Positions 56,283-64,000 of a DNA stretch of 64,000 nucleotides are shown here, one piece after another. The first letter of the stretch is position 1; the number at the start of each line of letters is the position of its first letter. Source of the DNA: Eledone cirrhosa. Its lineage: Eukaryota. The DNA lies in NCBI GenBank assembly GCA_964016885.1, contig OZ024741.1, positions 379,998,001 through 380,062,000 of the forward strand. Reading direction: 5' to 3'. Position numbers and translations under genes: made by a program. The notes beneath the pieces were generated by a model. It had not been told where the DNA came from, searched no databases, and worked only from the letters and a program-made list of their open reading frames with translations.

Positions 56283-59200
56283 GTGCATCGAAGCTATCGC
56301 GGATGTGATAGACTTCGATAACAGCACTCAACTTCGCATAAGTGTTGAGGGCAAACGCTCGAAATGCTTTTGCTGTGGGTCGATGACACACCACAGGGCC
56401 TTCTGCAATGAGAAGACCCTGAGAAAGGAAAAACAACTCCGCCTCCTTCCGAAACCGGCTCCACTGCTACCAGCAATAGAACAGGCGGCAAGCAGGAGGG
56501 ATAGTGCCGTGGCACCATAACCACTCAACAGGAAATTAAGAACAGCAGCGGCAGTGGAAATATTAATAACAACAACAGTAATACCAACTGCAGCTGCAAC
56601 AGAGACTCCACTTCAACCATCACCACCGGCGACAACAACAACACCTTCAACACCACCAGCACAAGCAACAACATCGCAAACAACAAAACACACACACCCA
56701 GCAACAACGACAAGAAAATAGCAGAACCACACCCCACCGCCAGAAAAACAAATGCACGGCAATAAATACACACAAAAAGGAATTAATGACTTACATAATT
56801 GAACACACAGAGATTTCACAGCACGACTACGTAATACCAGCACCAATCAAAACGCCAACGAATATAAGACTGGTAAAAATAGTACAGAAACAATACACAA
56901 ACATTAAAAGGAAATTCCCCAACGCAGTTGTGATTTCAGAGACCTGGGAGGGACTCTCAACCGGAGAGTATATTCGGACATACTCATAGAAGAGCAGACG
57001 ACCAGCCGAAGGGACGATTCAACGGACCCTTCACCAGACGATCAAGTGAAAAGGGATGGAGAAACCATCCTTCCTCTACGAAAAGTACGGTAAGTGGTCT
57101 TTGCCATCTTTTCCACTCCATTTCAACATGACCTCACTCAGAATAGGCAGCATAAATGCACGGGGCTTAGGGTCGTCATGGAAGCAGGGCCACCTGCTCA
57201 ACGACCTCTGGTCACTAAACATAGATGTAGTGGCCATAAGCGAGACCAGAATCTCCGAAGCACGGGCCTTCGCACCGATCTTCAGCAGCTGCGATGTGTA
57301 CGCATCTCCCAGCCGTCCTGGATCGGGGGGAGGAGTTGCTGTGCTTTTTCGGAGAGGTTTGGATCTCGCCATACAGGCAATCTTCCTGGACCCAGAGGGT
57401 AAGTTGGTGGTGCTGGATGGACGTGACCAGCGGAGACGGGCAAGCTTTCAGGCTAGTGGCTGTCTATGCCCCGACAGGAGCAGGGCGGTATGATTTCTTC
57501 CGGCGTCTTGAGATCTTTCTTGGAACGTCCCGCTCTTTAGTGTTAGTGGGCGACTGGAACAGGATATTAGATGCACGCTGGGACTGTGTGGGATTAGCCG
57601 ATAGGGGAGGAGTTTGCAAGAGCCTCACCAACCAGCTCAGGCGTTTTGAACTGTCTGACTGGTACCGATTGGATTTCCCGAATGTGCCAATGTGGACTTG
57701 GACAAACCGCATCGGGTCATCCAGATCATATCTAGATAGAGTATTTTGTAGGGAAATAGATAGGTCTAGCATAGGCTGTCCACAATTCAAGATAGTCAGC
57801 TACATCTGTATGCTTGACTTAGATATGCTTCATAGACGAGGACCTGGCTACTGGAAGCTAAACACGTCCTTACTAGCACGCAAGGCCTACAGAGACCGGA
57901 TTAAGGAACTAGTTAAGCGGGCGTTGACGCGGGCCATCGTCAACAACAAGTAGTGGTTAGCTCTGGACAAAGCGATTAGAATAGAGTCCATTAGGTTTAG
58001 TAAGGCTTTAGCAATAGAGAAAAATAGAGCAGAGGGAGAACTAGTTAGAAAATAAGAGGAGGCGCTTAGCAAAGGCATTGCCACCGACGTACTTGCGGCG
58101 AAATTGGTCCTTGACCAATTCTTCAATGCAAGGCACGAAGGCCGCGTTGTCAGAGCTAGGGTGCGTGCTCTCAGACACGAGGGGACCAAAGCCGTTCAAT
58201 GGGCCCAAGTGGCGGAGGCGCGTCGTGGCAACAAAGCCACGATCTGGTCTTTGGTGGACCACGACGGGTGCAAGCTACTAGATCCCGGGCAAATGTGTGA
58301 AGCTTTTCAGCGACACTTCGCTCAGCTGTTAGGGGGCAGCGGTGGGTCGGGTCGAGGGATGGACTTTAGTGTCTACCTCGACGGACTGCCCCGGCTCTCG
58401 GCTAATGAGGCGGAGTGTTACGAAAAACCGATAACAGCCGCTGAAGTACGGGAGGCAATGACTGTTTGCACAAGGGGTAAATCGCCTGGATTGGATGGTC
58501 TGCCCTATGAACTTTACGTACAGATGCCAAACTTGTTCGCATGCTTCTTGGCGGACGTCTACTGCAACTGGCAACAGAATGGGACAATTCCCAGCTCTGA
58601 GAGCCGAGGAGCGGTGGCACTGCTGAGAAAGGATCCGAACAAGGGGCATAACATAGATAATTTCAGGCCCATAACTCTGCTAAAAAAGGAGTTCAAGCTT
58701 TTGGCCAAGGTGCTAGCAAAGAGGTTGGCGCTTGTCGTTGGTGGTCTGGTGGGAGAGGCGCAGACATGTGCCTTTCCCGACAGATCCATCCACGACAACC
58801 TCCACCTCATGCGATACATCGTAGAGAGGCGGACTAGGGAACGTGGCACGGGTGGGTCCATGATCAATTTAGATCAGTCGAAAGATTTCGATAGGGTCGA
58901 CCATCGTTATCTAGTGGAATCCTGATGGCGGCTGGTTTTGGGCTCGTCTTCAGAGGCTGGATCGCTGCCATGCACAGCGACATCTGCTTTGTGGGGAGAG
59001 TTAACGGTTACCTTTCGGAACCGTTCAACATCATGCGCTCGGTCCGCCAAGGATGTCCCCTCTCGTCTCTCTTGTACGCATTGACTTTAGAGCCATTATT
59101 GCACAAACTGGAGACGTTGAGGGGCGTCCCGCGCGAACTAGGATGAAGAAGATCCGTGTCAGCATATGCGGACGATGTCACCGTAGTGGTGTCGAACGCC

Positions 59201-60773
59201 AAACACATCGAGGCGATCGGCACTACACTAAGAGAATACGAAGCGGTGACAGTAGCAATGACCAACCAGGAAAAGTCAGTGGGCCTGCAGCTCGGCACCT
59301 GGAGAGGCAGGTCCATGCTGTCCAACAGCGTCGTCGGACGCTGGACGGACGGACCGGTTAAATTGCTAGGGATCTGGTTCGGTCCGGACCTCCAGACGAA
59401 CAAAACCTGGGACGAGGTGACGAGAAGGGTGGCTTCTCTCACCCAGAAATGGGCGGAGGGGAAGCTATCCCTGAAAGGTCGAGCGGAGGTGGATAACACG
59501 TACAACGCGTCTGTCATCTGCTACCGCCTGACCGTCGTACATTGTCCTAAGCCCCGCCTGACTTCGCTGGAGCGTTTGCTCTTTCGCTTTTTCTGGAAGG
59601 GACGCGCTCCGATGGTTAGGCGGTCCATCTGTTGTCAACACGCGCTACGTGGAGGGCTGAGCATACCGTGGCTGATGATGCGCAAACACGCGCTCATGCT
59701 ACGACATCTCCACCTCTTCATCGACGGTGATCAGGTGTGGTCGCCGTTTGCTAGACACGTATTTCCCCAGCTCGTTTCCTTGACGGAGCTGCAGTCCTGG
59801 GTCAAGCGAAGACCGAGTGGAGCGCCTGGAGACTGGAATGTCTTCAGGCCCTCACAGCCCTCGACCAATCGGGCAAAGTGATCGGTGGACACTCCATCTC
59901 GGCGTTCTATAGAGGATTAGTGGAGGGGAAGAGCGACGACGTACTTGGAGAAACTCTAGGCGTCGACGAAAATCAACTAGCCAATCTCTTCGGAAGGACT
60001 TTCAGGCCGGGGCCTATGGACAACTTCCAGAAATCCCTGGCCTGGCAGTGCTACCGAGGAGCTTTGCCAGTTCGGGATAAAATTCTACAGGCATGGAGGT
60101 GCCGTCAGCCGGGCATGTCCGAGATGTGCGCAGGTCGACGAACCCGTCCTGCACGCACTCGTCCAGTGTCCGAGCATTGCTAAATTGTGGGTTTATGTCG
60201 AACACCTGCTGTCACATCTAGGACGGATCCAGCTATCAGCTGAGTCCATCGTGAGGATTGCCCCGCCCTCTTCCTTTAGCCGGGAAGGGCAGGGTGTTTT
60301 TATCTGTCTGGTGGCCATGGCGAAAGAGATAGTATGGTGGACACGTTTGAAAGTGCTGAAGACGAGCACTTACCTCTTCGGTGATGCCCTGATTAGCTTT
60401 TTCAAATTTTATTTGAAAAGGAAAATCAGGGTAGAGAGGGCAGTGCTCTCTTCCCAGCATTTTGTTGAAAGATGGGTGAGAGAAACAAGTATGGCCCGAG
60501 TGAATGGGCCTTCTCTGAGTATGCGTCTGTAAATTAAAGGTGGAAAACTGGGAGAGGGCAATTGCCCTGTTGGTCAGGGTCACTGTGGTCTTTTAATGGG
60601 CTTTCTCCACAAATGTCCCTCGGAAGTCTCCCCCCTATTGGGGAATTTTTTCTTTGTTATTTTATTACATACTCTGTTTTTTACACGCAGAAATGCCCAT
60701 TTGTACCGTCCTGTATTGTCCTGTACTGTCCTTATGGCTACTTTATGTACACCCTTGTGGTTAATAAAGAAAA

Positions 60774-60774
<1 letters not shown>
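56283..60774 (+). mobile_element. Tx1/L1-like element from mid-ORF1 to 3' end
   Basis: ORF1 CFCCGSMTHHRAFC. ORF2 from ATG ~57128: MTSLRIGSINARGL, VAISETR, VAVYAP, LVGDWN, SYLDRVF, GYWKLN, RT motifs including AYADDV. ATT tail at 60775-60816. Confidence 0.93.
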
Positions 60775-60816
<42 letters not shown>

Positions 60817-63800
60817 GAATGCTATGGTTGACGGAGGCTCGGCTCTGTAAGTTATTGTAAATTATGAACGCTATAACAATTGTAAATTGTTTAAAACTTT
60901 AACGAATTTGTAGACAAAAACACCCTCCTCCTCGTGAGAGGGGTCTTTCTGCCCGTTATTTGGCCCTTCGGGGTTAAATAACTGCTTATTGGGGTTTTGT
61001 GCCGAATATTTATTTTAAACAAAAAAAACAACATGGCTACGAAAAAGAATTTTCATCGGTCACTCCCACTCATTCCGTCTTATTCTTCCTCAATCATCAC
61101 TACAGCAGAGAGAAGATTGTCTCTCACCCTCCCTTCTTTAAATATGTCTCTCTCCCTCCCTTCTCTTTCGCAAGCGACGACAGAAAAGAAAAGTCTCGTG
61201 CAAAGCGTGCAAGATCTCTTCACGACAACGACGAAACAGGTGTGCGGGAAATACGAAAACCCATTTCATTCGACTGACGTCAGGAATAATAGCAGTAGCA
61301 GCCGTAATAACAACAGCAACAGTGACAATGAAAACAACAGTAGCAGCCGCAACAGCATCACCAGCAGCATAAACAACAACAGCATTAGCAGCAGCAACAC
61401 AACAACAACCACAGCAACAGCGGCGGAGGCAGTAGTCGTAGTACCTGCAGCAACAACAAAAGTAACAGCAGCTCTGACGACAACAACAACAGCAGCAAAG
61501 AAAAACCAATCTCATTTGCAGGTATTGCGAAGAACCTGGAAACAATCCTCATGACAAATGACGAATTAGAGGAAGCGAAGAAGATGGTGACAAAGACTGG
61601 ACACCGAGCAATCTGCAAGGCAGCGGAAAAAATGATTCGAAACCCGACAGCACTGTACGGTCACGTACCGTACAGTAAGTACAAAATCCCGTAGGGTTGA
61701 AAGAGCCACAGAGGCTCAAATACAAAAAGCCTTGGGGTCTGTGTGGCAGCGGAAAACGCACATCACCCGAGGCAAAAAATATGCCACCGTAGACGTACTT
61801 TTTGCCACACCCCAGGAGGCAAAGGCTCAATCCGTAGTGACCCTAAGGAGCGAGGAAATGGTGTTGGTGCCCTCCTACTGCGGGCAAAAAATTGTGAGGG
61901 TCAAACTGACCCACGTCCCGCCCGGGATGGCCCCTTCTTGGCTGGCCGCGTCTGTCCTCGTCGGAATCGAGGACAAAACAACTGTACTGCAAGTACAGAA
62001 AAAGTAAGAGAAGATTGGGTCGGCACCTCCATTGAGATGCTAATCCAAACCAACCAGGTGTGCATCGAAGCTATCCCGGATGTGATAGACTTCGATAACG
62101 GCATTCAACTGACCATAAATGTTGAGGGCAAACGCCCGAAATGCTTTCGCTGTGGATCGAAGACTCACCCCAGGGCCTTCTGCAACGAGAAGACCCTGAG
62201 AAAGGAGAAAACCCCCCTCCTTCCGAAACCGGCTCCACGGCTACCAGCAACAGGACAAGCGGCAACCAGGAACGATAGGTCCGTGGCACCCATACCCACG
62301 CCACGGAAATCAAAAACAGCAGCAGCAGTGGAAATATTAACAACAACAACAGCAATACCAAATGCAGCTGCAACAGAGACTCCAGTGCAAACATCACCAA
62401 CAACAACAAGTGAAAGAGTGGAGCTGGTACCCCTCCTCGACTCACAGAATCAGACATGGAGTGTGAGGTGGGAGAGTGATGGCAAAAGGTCGTAAGAAGG
62501 CACAAACGCAGAGGCAGCGCATCGTCGCCTTTGAAAAGGGAGGAAAGAAATGAGAAAAGGGTAAAGTCTACTGCAAAGAGACTCACAGCAGCAACACCAC
62601 CAATACCATCACCACCCACACTAGCACCACCATCATCACCGGCGACAACCCCAGCGCCAACAACACATTCAACACCACCACCACAAGCACCAACATCGCA
62701 AACACAACAACAAAACACACACACCCAGCAACAACGACAAGAAAATAGCAGAACCACACCCCACCCCCAGAAAAACAAATGCACGGCAATAAATACACAC
62801 AACAAGAAACTAATGACTTACATAATTGAACACACAGACATTTCCCAACACGACTACATAATACCAGCACCAATCAAAACGCCAACTAACATAAGACTGC
62901 TAAAAATAGCACAGAAACAATACACAAACATTAAAACGAAATTCCCCAACGCTCTTGGTGATTTCAGGGACCTAGGAGGAACTATCAATCGAAGAGTATG
63001 TTCGGACATACTTATAGAAGAGCCGACAACCAGCCGAAGGGACGATTCAACGGTCCCTTCACCAGACGATCAAGTTAAAAGGGATGTAAAAACCATCCCT
63101 CCTCTCCGAAAAGTACGGTAAGTGGTCTTTCCCATCGTTTCCACTCTATTTTAAACATGACCTCACTCAGAATAGGCAGCATAAATGCGCGTGGCTTGGG
63201 GTCGTAATGGAAGCAGGGTCATCTGCAAAACGACCTCAGGTCACTAAACATAGATGTAGTGGCCATCAGCGAGACCAGAATCTCCGAAGCACGGGCCTTC
63301 GAACCGATCTACGGCGGCTACGATGTGTACGCATCTCCCAGCCGTCCTGGATCGGGGGGAGGAGTTGCTGTGCTTTTTCGGAGAGGTTTGGATCTCGCCA
63401 TACGGGCCATCTTCCTGGACCCAGAACGTAAGCTGGTGGTGCTGGACGTGACCAGCGGAGACGGGAAAGCTTTCAGGCTAGTGGCCGTCTATGCCCCGAC
63501 AGGAGCAGGGCGGTATGATTTCTTCCGGCGTCTGGAGACCTTTCTTGGAACGTCCCGCTCTTTAGTGTTAGTGGGCGACTGGAACGGGATCTTAGATGCA
63601 CGCTGGGACTGTGTGGGATTAGCGTATAGGGGTGGAGGGTGCAAGAGCCTCACCAACCTGCTCAGGCGTTGTGAACTGTCTGATAGGTACCGATTGGATT
63701 TCCCGAATGTGCCAATGTGGACTTGGACAAATTGCATAGGATCATCCAGATCATATCTAGATAGAGTATTTTGTAGGGAAATAAATAGGTCTAGCATAAG

Positions 63801-64000
63801 CTGTCCACAATTCAAGATAGTCAGCTACACGGGCCACAAATTCGTGATCGGTGTGCTTGACTTAGATAGGCTTCATAGACGAGGACCCGGCTACTGGAAG
63901 CTAAACGCGTCCTTACCAGCGCGCAAGGCCTACAGAGACCGTATTAGCGAACTAGTTAAGCGGGCGTTGACGGGGGCCATCAACAATAGAGAAAAATAGA
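60817..64000 (+). mobile_element. Tx1/L1-like element with intact 5' end, running off the window
   Basis: Starts directly after (ATT)n. ORF1 ~61033-63121 is frameshifted (CFRCGSKTHPRAFC). The ORF2 AP-endonuclease starts at ~63158 and has a premature TAA at ~63205. Confidence 0.93.

Overview
AT-rich eukaryotic repeat-dense DNA, probably from a coleoid cephalopod such as Octopus (inferred from the SINE type and microsatellite load). I recognise no host protein-coding gene or RNA gene. The window is a layered set of retroelement remains organised around microsatellites. (1) In 2-35 kb, Penelope-like elements (RT plus GIY-YIG) and their non-coding derivatives lie next to (TA)n/(CA)n tracts, often as inverted or tandem repeats. 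Together they carry about ten minimal type-I hammerhead-ribozyme motifs of about seven unrelated sequence types. Three of these motifs have a CCGANG(A/G) core instead of CUGANGA. (2) In 20-24 kb and 40-64 kb, two different non-LTR clades are stacked in the same (AAT)n microsatellite with opposite polarity. R4/Dong-like elements (RT plus restriction-like endonuclease) always read on the AAT strand. Tx1/L1-like elements (CCHC ORF1, AP-endonuclease plus RT) always read on the ATT strand. Also present are CR1 and RTE fragments, an internally deleted mariner, SINEs, a 530-bp palindrome and a ~570-bp tandem repeat. All TE ORFs are broken. Family assignments come from motif recognition by eye, not from database searches.
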